DNA of 64,000 bases from a virus. The first letter of the stretch is position 1. Every line of letters starts with the position of its first letter. The notes under the pieces were generated by a model. That model saw only the letters and a program-made list of their open reading frames with translations, made no database searches and had not been told where the DNA came from. Made by a program: the position numbers and the translations under genes. Shown here piece after piece: positions 9,837-18,623 of the stretch. Where the stretch lies: positions 352 to 64,351 of the IMG/VR virus record IMGVR_UViG_3300044728_000147. One strand, written 5' to 3'.

Positions 9837-9950
9837 ATGGCTGATGAACTGACTTACGACAAGGACGGGTTCCTGGTCTACACAGGACTGTCGCCGCTCC
9901 ACGAGGATGAAGACATCGCTGAAGACGAAGAGTCCGCAGACGACGAATAA
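9837..9950 (+). CDS. Small acidic protein (MADELTYDKDG...)
   Basis: TTGCAT-17-TAAGAT promoter, ATG 6 nt later. Confidence 0.55.
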   Translation: MADELTYDKDGFLVYTGLSPLHEDEDIAEDEESADDE

Positions 9951-9977
9951 CTCAGTCTGATATAGACTAATGGGGAG

Positions 9978-11336
9978 ATGGATCTCCCCGAATTTGAGTT
10001 ACCAGCGGCTTTCAGCACGTGGTCATTAAGTACCCAGCAGGCCTTCCTCAACGAGCTTAAGTACAACTGGAAGTTCTGGGCGAGGCCAAATCAGTTGGCC
10101 CCAGAGGACCAGGACTGGGACATCTGGATGACGCTCGCCGGTAGAGGCTGGGGCAAGACCCGTACCGGTGCTGAGCACATCAAAGAAATCATGATGAACA
10201 CCCCGAACATGCGGGTGGGTATCATTGGCCAGACCATCGCTGCCGTTCGAGACATCTGCATGGAAGGTGAGTCTGGCCTGCTTAGCGTACTTCCTTCGGA
10301 GCTATACACAGAAGCTCCTGGAAAGTACAACCGTTCGCTGGGCCAATTGACTCTTAAGAACGGTTCACGAGCGTTCGGATTCTCTGGATCGGATCCAGAG
10401 AAGTTGCGAGGATTCCAGAGTAACTATCTCTGGATGGACGAGCTTGCCGCCTGGCAATATGAGATGGCTACGTTTGACATGGCCCTCATGGGTCTGCGTC
10501 TTGGCCAGCACCCTCGAATCGTCATCACGACAACACCGAAGCCGAGCGCTCTTGTCGTTGACCTGGTAAACCGCGCCCGTACCGAGCCGGACAAGGTGAG
10601 AATCACGACCGGATCCACGTTCGACAACGAGGCCAACCTGCCGGATTCTCAGCTTGCTGCTCTCCGCAACCGGTACGAGGGTACGACACTGGGGCGTCAA
10701 GAGTTGTACGCCGAGTTGATTCTAGATGATCCTGCGGCTCTCTGGAAGCGCTCTATCATCGAAGAGAATCGGTTGACAGAGAAGGAGGCCCCTCGATTTA
10801 CTCACATGGTGGCGATCGTTGTGGCGGTCGATCCGAGTATGTCCGCTCTTGGCGAGCGCGACTCCGAGACCGGTATCATAATCGCTGGCAGGAGCGCCGA
10901 CAATGTGTGCTACATCTTCGAGGATGCCACCCTTACGAGGCCAAGTCCAGACACGTGGGCGCGGGAGGTGATTCAGAAATTCAAGAGCTTTCGAGCGAAC
11001 AAGGTGGTGGCCGAAGTCAATCAGGGATACGACCTAGTAGTCAACCTGCTCAACACGGCCGATGCTACGGTCCCGGTGAAGCGGGTTTACGCCACAAGGG
11101 GAGGCAAATACTTGCGGGCCGAGCCGGTAGCTGCTCTGTACGAGCAACACAAGGTCAAGCACATCGGCATGTTCCCTCAGCTTGAGGACCAGATGACACA
11201 GTGGATTCCCGGTAGGCCGAGTCCTGATCGTCTCGACGCCCTGGTCTGGGCCGTGACCGAGCTTATGTTGGGCGGTGGCCTAGCAGAGTTCCACAATCCT
11301 GCCGACCTGCCCCGTCTACCCGGCATCATTCGCTGA
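9978..11336 (+). CDS. terL: Terminase large subunit
   Basis: AGRGWGKTR Walker A, LRG.Q, WMDELA Walker B, TTTP, VAVDP, DRLDA. Confidence 0.95.
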   Translation: MDLPEFELPAAFSTWSLSTQQAFLNELKYNWKFWARPNQLAPEDQDWDIWMTLAGRGWGKTRTGAEHIKEIMMNTPNMRVGIIGQTIAAVRDICMEGESGLLSVLPSELYTEAPGKYNRSLGQLTLKNGSRAFGFSGSDPEKLRGFQSNYLWMDELAAWQYEMATFDMALMGLRLGQHPRIVITTTPKPSALVVDLVNRARTEPDKVRITTGSTFDNEANLPDSQLAALRNRYEGTTLGRQELYAELILDDPAALWKRSIIEENRLTEKEAPRFTHMVAIVVAVDPSMSALGERDSETGIIIAGRSADNVCYIFEDATLTRPSPDTWAREVIQKFKSFRANKVVAEVNQGYDLVVNLLNTADATVPVKRVYATRGGKYLRAEPVAALYEQHKVKHIGMFPQLEDQMTQWIPGRPSPDRLDALVWAVTELMLGGGLAEFHNPADLPRLPGIIR

Positions 11337-11351
11337 TATACACTTGGCCGT

Positions 11352-11939
11352 ATGACTTTGAGCACCACCGAAGGTTCGATCGTATTTGCCTGCTATTCAC
11401 GGGCGTGTGCTCCCCCGCCAGTAGGCCGAGGTGGATCCACAAAGGGTGGACGCAAGGGCGGTTCGGTCATTCGCAAGAGTGGCGGCGGCGATAGCTCTAC
11501 CACGAAGAGCGTTGCACGAGCAGGCGCCAAGGCACTGAGCGCTCGTTTCGGTACGAAGCGCCAAGGCTCCGCTGACAGGGGCAACACGAGCACGAGCGTC
11601 AAGAGGGCTGACAAGAATCGACCGGGAGGCGTTGGCGGTAGCAGCGTTGGAAAGGCAGCTAAAGGCGCAAAAAAGACTGGGCCAGACGGAAAGACATTCT
11701 CAGGTAAGACCGATTCTGGTGGATGGGATAAGCAGTCCGGAAGTGGGGCTAAGACTGGACGCGGGGCGCAACAGATTCAGTCACCTTGGAAGGGAAACGC
11801 TAATGTACTTGTCCGTAAGCAGGGCGGTAAGAACGTCGTAACATTCAAGAAGGGACCGAAAGAAAGTAACCGCACTTACAGTTCTTTCAAGGCCGCTGAA
11901 GCTGCTGCCCGCCGCTGGTACGATCAGCAACCTGACTGA
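11352..11939 (+). CDS. Highly basic Gly/Lys-rich tagged protein
   Basis: ACYSRACAPPPVGRGGS tag near N-terminus; K/R/G-rich remainder. Confidence 0.7.
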   Translation: MTLSTTEGSIVFACYSRACAPPPVGRGGSTKGGRKGGSVIRKSGGGDSSTTKSVARAGAKALSARFGTKRQGSADRGNTSTSVKRADKNRPGGVGGSSVGKAAKGAKKTGPDGKTFSGKTDSGGWDKQSGSGAKTGRGAQQIQSPWKGNANVLVRKQGGKNVVTFKKGPKESNRTYSSFKAAEAAARRWYDQQPD

Positions 11940-11953
11940 TCTAAGCTAGGGCT

Positions 11954-13024
11954 GTGGCCCGTTCGAATCTATCTAAGTCAGCCCGTGCCGTTGCGGCTAA
12001 GGGTGGAATGGCGCTGCCGAACGGCAAGTACCCGATCCGGTCCCGTCGAGAGCTACGGGCCGCAATCAAGCTCCGACATCACTCGACTGAGCCGTACGCC
12101 AAGGTCCGCTCTCACATCATGAAGCGGGCAGCGGCCCTCGGTATCAAGGTGTCGGCCGCTCAGATAGCCAGCGCCGGACCCGGCACCGTTGTCTTCGCTT
12201 GCCTTGAAAAGGCCTGTGCGCCACCGCCTGTAGGTAAGGGCGGCTCTACTTCTGGCGGCGGAAGAGGGGGCATGAACAAGACGCAAGTTCGCGAATACAA
12301 GGGCAAGGAAGTGCTGCATAAGGGTCAGTCGGTAACTATCGTCAGTAGTCGAATGGTCGAGAAGTCAGGGGCCACGAACGTCACGATGGTGAAGGTGAGG
12401 GACCGAGACGGCAACGAGCAAGAGGTGTCTTCCCGTGCCTTGCGAATACCAAGTGCTAGGTCCCACCCGATCATCACGGCCGATGAGGCACGGGGAGACA
12501 GTAAGCCCGTAAGCCATGCGGAGTTCCAGAGGCTAGCGAGCGTCGGGCAATCCAAGTTGGACGCTATGTCAGCTAACGCCTCTCCGATCAGTGGACTTGA
12601 CAAGCACTGGGACCGAGTGAAGGCGGACAGCTACGCCGAAGCAACAAAGCCGTGGGGAGGCGCAACGATCGATGCTCACACCGGCAAGGCGTTGCCTCAA
12701 GGCGCTGACCGGTACGCTCTCACGGTGAAAGAGAAGGACGGGGACACCGTTTCAATCCCCGAGAACGCTACCAAAGCTCAGTTCGATGCTGCAATGGACA
12801 GGGCCAAGGAACGATTTAGGTCTATCCTTGAGCGAGAGGGTCATCATCTGGGTGTATTCCACGACGACGATCTGAAACGAATTGACATTGACCCGGTCCT
12901 TGTAGTTGATAGACTGGGAGACGTGCATACCATCGGCGCCGCTACACGTGCCATCGGTGGGGCGTACAACTTCAAGGACGGCAACGGATACTGGCCACCT
13001 CACGTGGCTGAGGGTGGAGGATGA
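11954..13024 (+). CDS. Tagged multidomain protein (N-terminal DUF6582-like head-associated motif)
   Basis: GGMALPNGKYPI..ELRAAI..HIMKRA..LG; ACLEKACAPPPVGKGGS tag. Confidence 0.65.
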   Translation: MARSNLSKSARAVAAKGGMALPNGKYPIRSRRELRAAIKLRHHSTEPYAKVRSHIMKRAAALGIKVSAAQIASAGPGTVVFACLEKACAPPPVGKGGSTSGGGRGGMNKTQVREYKGKEVLHKGQSVTIVSSRMVEKSGATNVTMVKVRDRDGNEQEVSSRALRIPSARSHPIITADEARGDSKPVSHAEFQRLASVGQSKLDAMSANASPISGLDKHWDRVKADSYAEATKPWGGATIDAHTGKALPQGADRYALTVKEKDGDTVSIPENATKAQFDAAMDRAKERFRSILEREGHHLGVFHDDDLKRIDIDPVLVVDRLGDVHTIGAATRAIGGAYNFKDGNGYWPPHVAEGGG

Positions 13025-13117
13025 GCGACAAGACGAAGACACATTTCAAGGGACCCGGAGAGTGGCGCAGTCAGGCCGCTCAGTTAGAGGCCGAGCGTGA
13101 TAGTAAAGTGAAGGGCG

Positions 13118-13573
13118 ATGCCCCGATCAAAGGAAGAGCAGGCGAGTCGTCGTAGCTCGCCGTACTCGATCGGCAAGCGCGACCCGTCGCTGAAGTGGCC
13201 GCATCTCTATGACCTACTCCGGGCCAAGGGTTACGACAAAGAGAAGTCGGCTCGCATCTCCAACAGTCGAGTTCACCTCAGGAAGAAGGGCAAGCTGAAG
13301 GGCTTGCCGTACCGGCAGGCTGATAGCCGTCGAGCACTCAAGGGAGTACTCAAGACCTATCAGAGCAAGCACGGCCGGACGGCAAGCGCTGTAGTCGCTG
13401 CTTGCTATTCGGCCGCTTGCGCTCCTCCCCCTGTTGGCACAGGAGGATCCATTAAGGGGATACGTAGAGGTCGGCAGCGTGGGCTAGGTCCGGTGCAGCA
13501 TCCGGAATTAATTCGCAAGGTGAAAGTGTCTCGGCGGTTCGAGAAACTGATGCGTGGAATCTCTGCGGCATAG
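13118..13573 (+). CDS. Basic tagged protein
   Basis: LYDLLRAKGYDKEKSARISN helical motif; ACYSAACAPPPVGTGGS tag. Confidence 0.65.
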   Translation: MPRSKEEQASRRSSPYSIGKRDPSLKWPHLYDLLRAKGYDKEKSARISNSRVHLRKKGKLKGLPYRQADSRRALKGVLKTYQSKHGRTASAVVAACYSAACAPPPVGTGGSIKGIRRGRQRGLGPVQHPELIRKVKVSRRFEKLMRGISAA

Positions 13574-13627
13574 CCTTACAGGTTGCACAAGATCCGACCT
13601 CGGTGGTAGTGTGGGGGTCTGACTTCC

Positions 13628-13651
13628 GGGAGGCCAGTAGGCCTCCCGTTT
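13628..13651 (+). terminator. GC hairpin (terminator or attenuator) upstream of RNR
   Basis: cgggaggcc-agta-ggcctcccg then TTT; TTGCAC-18-TAGTGT promoter-like site at 13583-13612. Confidence 0.45.
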
Positions 13652-13672
13652 GCTATCTACCCAACGGAGAAT

Positions 13673-15757
13673 ATGCCTACCCTCACACGCCCCCAAATCA
13701 ACGAATATCTACAAGGCAACATTGATCATTCGTCGTTTCCTGAACCAGGTTGGGGTCCTATTGGACGTGAAGTTTATGAACGAAGCTATAGCCGAGTCAA
13801 GGCTGACGGCACACAAGAAGTGTGGTCCGAAACCGTCCGCAGAGTTGTTCTGGGCAACCTTAACTATGCCCCGCTACCCGCCGACCCCGATGAGGCCGTT
13901 GATCTCTTCCGACTGATCTACGAGATGAAGGCAATACCTGCTGGTCGTCACTTGTGGATGACTGGCATCGAGGGCGCTGCGCTCAAGAATTGCCATCGGG
14001 CTGGGTGGTCGGCTGATACAACGGACCATTTCCGTTTCCTGGCTCAACACCTATTCATGGGCGGTGGAGTCGGCTCGAATTATTCGGCTAAGTACCGGGA
14101 GCGAGGTGGAAAGATTTATGGCTACTCGCTGGTGAATGTCACGTGCGCTTCCGATCACGAGGACTACACCGCCGTTCGAGAGTCGGCCGGTGAGCTATGG
14201 TTGGATCACGCACGCGACAAGATCATTCGAGTTGAGGACACACGGGAGGGCTGGGTAGCCGCTTGGTGCTCACTTATCAGTCTCGCCCTCGAAAGCGCCG
14301 TACACAGCGTTACGTTCGATCTGACCGACATCCGTCCGCACGGCGCTCCGCTCGTGTCGTTCGGTGGACGAGCGTCCGGTCCTGCCCCGCTTGCCGCATC
14401 ACTCGTAGCGATAGCTGGCGTCCTACATGAGGCCTTTTGCGCTGAAGTGCCCCGGCACTTAAGCGCAATAGAATCCATGAAGATCGATCACTACATCGCC
14501 GCCGCTATTGTGGCCGGTGGCACTCGGCGCTCCGCTCGTATGAGTCAATTGAACTGGAATGATCCAGAGATTTTTGAGTTCATTGCACACAAACAGGTGA
14601 ATCCATCTGTCTCGTGGAGCACAAATATCTCGGTGGTAGTGGATGACGAATTCTTCAAGGAATACGCTGACGGTTCCGCTGTTCCTCAGCGAATAGTTCG
14701 CCACGTCGCCCATGGGATGCTCAAGAACGGCGAGCCTGGAATCTACAATCAGGCTCTCGCTCAGATCGGAGAGCTTCGTGACGTTGGGGCCACTAACCCG
14801 TGCGGTGAGGCAACACTGGAAGAGCACTATGACCCCGAAACTGGACTGGGATCCAGTTCCGGGGAGTCCTGCAATCTAGGGTCCGTTGATCTTGACGCCT
14901 TTGGCAGGGATACAGCGGGAGCGCGTGAAGCGTTCCGGCTTATGGCCCGGTTCCTGTATCGCGCAACTCTCGCACCTGTTTACGACGCTGACCAGGCCAC
15001 CATCGAGGATCGTAACCGCCGCCTCGGCGTCGGCATCATGGGACTGCAAGGATGGTGCGCCGCTCGCGGCATCAAGCTCACTGATTTGCCGCACTGCCCA
15101 GAATTACTGGCTAACCTTCAGGAATTCAAGAACGAAAGCCGAAAGGCCGCTAACGAGATTGCTCACAGTTTGGGGCTACCTGCGCCAATCAAGGTCACAG
15201 CCGTAGCACCGAACGGAACTATTGCTCAGCTACGGGGTACTACTTCGGCTATTCAGCCGGTCATTGCTAAGTACTTCGTTCGACGGGTCCAGTATAGCGA
15301 TACCGATCCAGGCCTATTTGAGTTGATGTCGAAGGGTTATCCGGTCGAGGACTCTGTCTATGCTACCAACACGAAGGTCGTTTCATTTCCCGTCAAAGAC
15401 ATCATTCTCGACAGTCATTTCGAAGAATTGATTGAACAGTCAGACGAGATTACAGTTGATCAGTTCCTCAACGTGCAAGCTGCCGTGCAGGGGACGTTCT
15501 GTGGTGGGGAAGACGGGCAAGCGATATCGGCCACAGCTAACATCCCGGCTGAGGGGGTCGATGTCAACAACCTGTCCGAAGTGCTCTGGCGTCATCTTCC
15601 CAACCTCAAGGGCGTCACGGTCTTCCCGGCCGTGTCGCGACCCCAGACTCCAATCACGGCGATCTCACGAGAGCAGTACGAGCAGCTAGCTACGCTCTCG
15701 ACGGTAGGTGACTCAAATTCTGGAGAATGCTTGACAGGTGCCTGTCCGATCAGGTAG
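13673..15757 (+). CDS. nrdJ: Class II (B12-dependent) ribonucleotide reductase
   Basis: PAGRHLW, GGGVG, TNPCGE, CNLGS, RRLGVG, APNGTI, C-terminal CLTGACPIR. Confidence 0.9.
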   Translation: MPTLTRPQINEYLQGNIDHSSFPEPGWGPIGREVYERSYSRVKADGTQEVWSETVRRVVLGNLNYAPLPADPDEAVDLFRLIYEMKAIPAGRHLWMTGIEGAALKNCHRAGWSADTTDHFRFLAQHLFMGGGVGSNYSAKYRERGGKIYGYSLVNVTCASDHEDYTAVRESAGELWLDHARDKIIRVEDTREGWVAAWCSLISLALESAVHSVTFDLTDIRPHGAPLVSFGGRASGPAPLAASLVAIAGVLHEAFCAEVPRHLSAIESMKIDHYIAAAIVAGGTRRSARMSQLNWNDPEIFEFIAHKQVNPSVSWSTNISVVVDDEFFKEYADGSAVPQRIVRHVAHGMLKNGEPGIYNQALAQIGELRDVGATNPCGEATLEEHYDPETGLGSSSGESCNLGSVDLDAFGRDTAGAREAFRLMARFLYRATLAPVYDADQATIEDRNRRLGVGIMGLQGWCAARGIKLTDLPHCPELLANLQEFKNESRKAANEIAHSLGLPAPIKVTAVAPNGTIAQLRGTTSAIQPVIAKYFVRRVQYSDTDPGLFELMSKGYPVEDSVYATNTKVVSFPVKDIILDSHFEELIEQSDEITVDQFLNVQAAVQGTFCGGEDGQAISATANIPAEGVDVNNLSEVLWRHLPNLKGVTVFPAVSRPQTPITAISREQYEQLATLSTVGDSNSGECLTGACPIR

Positions 15758-15760
15758 TGT
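15731..15760 (+). promoter_or_regulatory. SigA-type promoter for tmRNA
   Basis: TTGACA-18-TAGTGT overlapping RNR 3' end. Confidence 0.6.
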
Positions 15761-15797
15761 TGAGCACGTACATTGACAATCGAGTTCAACAACACAA

Positions 15798-16159
15798 GGG
15801 TCTGACGGGTATCGATTCGGTGCCGGTCTTGACTACTTGCGTGATCCAGCGCCCGCAGTCTGGCATTCAGCGGGAAACCTCAAACGACACCTTGTCGGAT
15901 GAAACCGTGATCGAGATCGAAATGGCTGGTCTCGACACCGAGTACGCTGCGCTAGTCGCAGAGTTCTCGTTGATCGCTGCCTAAGCGACACCATGGCTAA
16001 CCGGAGCCGTGCTAACCCAATCCGGTACCAATACGGTTGCCACTCCGTAAAAGTGGATGGCGCCCCTGCAATACGGTGCCGATGCCGCCTCATCGGACAG
16101 ATCACGTAGACGGTACCGAGACACACAGGAAGACGGGAGTTCAACTCTCCCCAGATCCA
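15798..16159 (+). ncRNA. ssrA: tmRNA
   Basis: Acceptor GGGTCTG/CAGATCC with G3-U, discriminator A, T-arm GGGAG-TTCAACT-CTCCC, internal ORF ending FSLIAA-stop, 362 nt. Confidence 0.9.
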
Positions 16160-16204
16160 CTACCAGGGAGTTTCAAAGAAATCTGAGAAATCTTCCGAAA
16201 ATGG

Positions 16205-16233
16205 TTGACAAGCCCCAAAGCCTGTGCTAGGTT
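16205..16233 (+). promoter_or_regulatory. Strong SigA-type promoter for the tRNA array
   Basis: TTGACA-17-TAGGTT with TG extended -10. Confidence 0.7.
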
Positions 16234-16435
16234 GGTGAATGAACTCCGGTTGACTACCCGGCACCGAGAGGTGTGGTCCGGACCCCATAAGGGGATAAGC
16301 CCGCAAGGGGAATCTTACGTGTGGTGAAGGCATGATCTACAGGTCTGCTCAGTGAGGTTTACGAGCCACGTTCGCGTGGCCCATACATGCTTCACGGCCT
16401 GACTGTCGGAGAAACAACAGATACTTCGACGTATT

Positions 16436-16509
16436 GCTTCTCTAGCCCAATTGGCAGAGGCGCTTGTTTCAAAAGCAAGTTAGTGAGGGTTCGAATCCCT
16501 TGAGAAGCA
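16436..16509 (+). tRNA. tRNA-Leu(CAA), short variable loop
   Basis: CTTGT-TTCAAAA-GCAAG anticodon arm; full cloverleaf. Confidence 0.85.
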
Positions 16510-16652
16510 CTCCCTCCGCACCTGAGTAGTGGGTGAGTCGGTGCCTGCGAGGCAGGCCTTGAACAGCCGAAGTGAGGGTCTAAGAGATAAAGAAAGTGGA
16601 GGGGACGCCGCCGTTCAACCAGGCGTGACAAGTGGGGAGAGACCTACAACAT

Positions 16653-16728
16653 GCTCCGGTCGATTAGCGGCTAAGTCCCCACCCTCTCAAGGTGGTGATC
16701 GCGGGTTCGAGTCCCGTCCGGAGTACCA
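16653..16728 (+). tRNA. tRNA-Glu(CTC)
   Basis: CCACC-CTCTCAA-GGTGG; CCA end. Confidence 0.92.
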
Positions 16729-16852
16729 GGGCATCAGGCGTTTAAAGACCTAACCAACGCCGCAACGAGTAGCGCCTTTCAAGGGTGGTCCCCAGAGAGA
16801 CGCAGGTTGTTGCGGTCTCGGGCAGCCGGGATACGAATGGCGTTCGCTTCGA

Positions 16853-16926
16853 GGGGATCTCGTATAGAGGTAGTACAAGGGCTTCCAAACCCCTTAGTGT
16901 GGGTTCGATTCCTACGGTCCCTGCCA
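16853..16926 (+). tRNA. tRNA-Trp(CCA)
   Basis: Loop TTCCAAA; G73; CCA. Confidence 0.85.
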
Positions 16927-16995
16927 TCTACAAATAAACAACATGGCGTCCTGCACCTCGGGACTTGTAAAGCCGCCTAGCGGAACGAGGTACTT

Positions 16996-17071
16996 GGGTG
17001 TGTGATGTTAGTGGTAAGCATTGCTGTCTCTTAAACAGTCTGGGCGGGTTCGAATCCTGTCACACCTACCA
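16996..17071 (+). tRNA. tRNA-Lys(CTT)
   Basis: GCTGT-CTCTTAA-ACAGT; CCA. Confidence 0.92.
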
Positions 17072-17072
17072 T

Positions 17073-17147
17073 GCTGATCGGTCCCCCTGGTAGAGGGAAT
17101 CACGCTGATAACGTGATCGCGAGTGGGTTCGATTCCCCTGATCAGTA
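17073..17147 (+). tRNA. tRNA-Ile(GAT)
   Basis: TCACG-CTGATAA-CGTGA. Confidence 0.85.
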
Positions 17148-17199
17148 CTAGGATCAGCGCACTGGCCCTATACAAATGGGCGGGTAGCGGGGTCCGCAC

Positions 17200-17273
17200 G
17201 CCGGTATAGCTCAACGGAAGAGCACTTGCTCGGTAAGCAAGTGATCAGGGTTCAATTCCCTGTGTCGGCTCCA
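17200..17273 (+). tRNA. tRNA-Thr(GGT)
   Basis: CTTGC-TCGGTAA-GCAAG; CCA. Confidence 0.9.
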
Positions 17274-17275
17274 AT

Positions 17276-17350
17276 TGTGGCGTAGTGTAACAGGAAGCAC
17301 GAAATGCTGTTAACATTTTAGTATGGGTTCGAAGCCTATCGTCACAGCCA
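17276..17350 (+). tRNA. tRNA-Asn(GTT)
   Basis: AAATG-CTGTTAA-CATTT; GCCA end. Confidence 0.9.
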
Positions 17351-17868
17351 ACGAAAGATCAGATGCCGTCATCTCGTGGAGAAAGCGAACACGACGGCGT
17401 TTGGTTGATCTCCATGGTGGAAAATGCAAGAGATGCGGGTGGCACGGCCACACCGCTGGATTTGATTTCCACCACCTCTACGACAAGGACAGCAGCATTT
17501 CTCAAATGTTGTCGTCGCCACGTAGGTGGGATCTTATCCTTGCGGAAGCAGCGAAGTGTGAACTTCTATGTGCTATCTGTCATCGTCTTGAGCACTCCGG
17601 TCGTGATTACGACTTACTGCTTGATGGCCCGTTGGAGAGGGAGACTTGCCGAAAGACCTGCCTGAATTGCGAAACACAAATCCGGTGCAGAGGAATCAGG
17701 TGTGGAAAGTGTAGTCGGATAGCGACTACCAAGGGATCTTGGCCCCTCACCGTAGAAGAAATTCTTAGTGATGTTAAAGCACTTGGTTGGTGTGGTTCGG
17801 GAAGAAAGTATGGCGTTTCAGACAGCGCCGTACGGAAAAGAGTTAAACGTCTTGGTGGCATAGTGTAG
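17323..17868 (+). CDS. HNH homing-type endonuclease overlapping tRNA-Asn and tRNA-Asp
   Basis: GGKCKRCG..FDFHH..KCELLCAICHRLEH, second CxxC pair, C-terminal HTH (GRKYGVSDSAVRKR). Confidence 0.85.
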   Translation: MGSKPIVTANERSDAVISWRKRTRRRLVDLHGGKCKRCGWHGHTAGFDFHHLYDKDSSISQMLSSPRRWDLILAEAAKCELLCAICHRLEHSGRDYDLLLDGPLERETCRKTCLNCETQIRCRGIRCGKCSRIATTKGSWPLTVEEILSDVKALGWCGSGRKYGVSDSAVRKRVKRLGGIV

Positions 17869-17929
17869 CGGCTCTGCACGTAACCCTGTCAAGGTTAAAG
17901 TCCGGGATCGTCCCCCGGTGTCATCGCCA
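17854..17929 (+). tRNA. tRNA-Asp(GTC)
   Basis: TAACC-CTGTCAA-GGTTA; GCCA. Confidence 0.88.
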
Positions 17930-17982
17930 TCTAACTACGGCCTGAAAACGGCCCTACCGGGGGGAAGTGCCCCGGCACCCAT

Positions 17983-18051
17983 GCTCTCGGGTGCGGAAAC
18001 CACGCAGGCCTTCTAAGCCAGCCTTCTCGGGTTCGAATCCTGACGAGAGCG
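17983..18051 (+). tRNA. tRNA-Arg(TCT), reduced D-arm
   Basis: Loop CTTCTAA; acceptor GCTCTCG/CGAGAGC. Confidence 0.75.
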
Positions 18052-18193
18052 CCGACCGCAAGACGTTCTTCGGAGCTAGGAATGCGGGTGGATGATCAAG
18101 CACCTCTTGATCCCTATAGAAGACGGCTAAAGGGTTAGGCTTGCCGAGAACCTACGGATTAATCGGGGACGCCTGAGAGAGACGTAGCACCAT

Positions 18194-18268
18194 GTGGATA
18201 TGGTCCAGCGGCGAAGATCCCTGCTTGCCAAGCAGGGGACGGGGGTTCAATTCCCCCTATCCACACCA
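18194..18268 (+). tRNA. tRNA-Gly(GCC)
   Basis: CCTGC-TTGCCAA-GCAGG; CCA. Confidence 0.9.
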
Positions 18269-18269
18269 T

Positions 18270-18345
18270 GTTCCTGTAGCTCAGGGGAAAGAGCAGGTGT
18301 TTCCTAAACACCGTGTCGGGGGTTCGATTCCCTCCAGGGACGCCA
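18270..18345 (+). tRNA. tRNA-Arg(CCT)
   Basis: GGTGT-TTCCTAA-ACACC; CCA. Confidence 0.92.
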
Positions 18346-18349
18346 ACAT

Positions 18350-18434
18350 GCTCTCGTGGCGGAACAGGCATACGCGCTGGTCTTAGAAACCAGTGTCCAC
18401 GGACGTGAGGGTTCAAATCCCTCCGAGAGCACCA
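18350..18434 (+). tRNA. tRNA-Leu(TAG), long variable arm
   Basis: CTGGT-CTTAGAA-ACCAG; CCA. Confidence 0.92.
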
Positions 18435-18435
18435 T

Positions 18436-18509
18436 GCTGACGTGACCCAACTGGCAGAGGTACTTGACTCAGACTCAAGTTGTTGGAGGTTCGAATCCTC
18501 TCGTCAGTA
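18436..18509 (+). tRNA. tRNA-Leu(CAG), short variable loop
   Basis: CTTGA-CTCAGAC-TCAAG. Confidence 0.88.
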
Positions 18510-18516
18510 CCCACAT

Positions 18517-18590
18517 GCGTTCCTGACCCAACTGGCAGAGGTGCTTGGATGAGAGCCAAGATGTTGGGGGTTCGAATCCCCCGGAGCGCA
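18517..18590 (+). tRNA. tRNA-Leu(GAG), short variable loop
   Basis: CTTGG-ATGAGAG-CCAAG. Confidence 0.85.
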
Positions 18591-18623
18591 CTGAGACAGC
18601 AGGTGGTAGCTGCTGTCTTGCAT

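Noticed and set aside
13575..13672. Possible cobalamin riboswitch before class II RNR
   Set aside because: Too short and no B12-box; only a simple hairpin
15727..15984. 85-aa ORF in the track
   Set aside because: It is the tmRNA tag reading frame, not an independent gene
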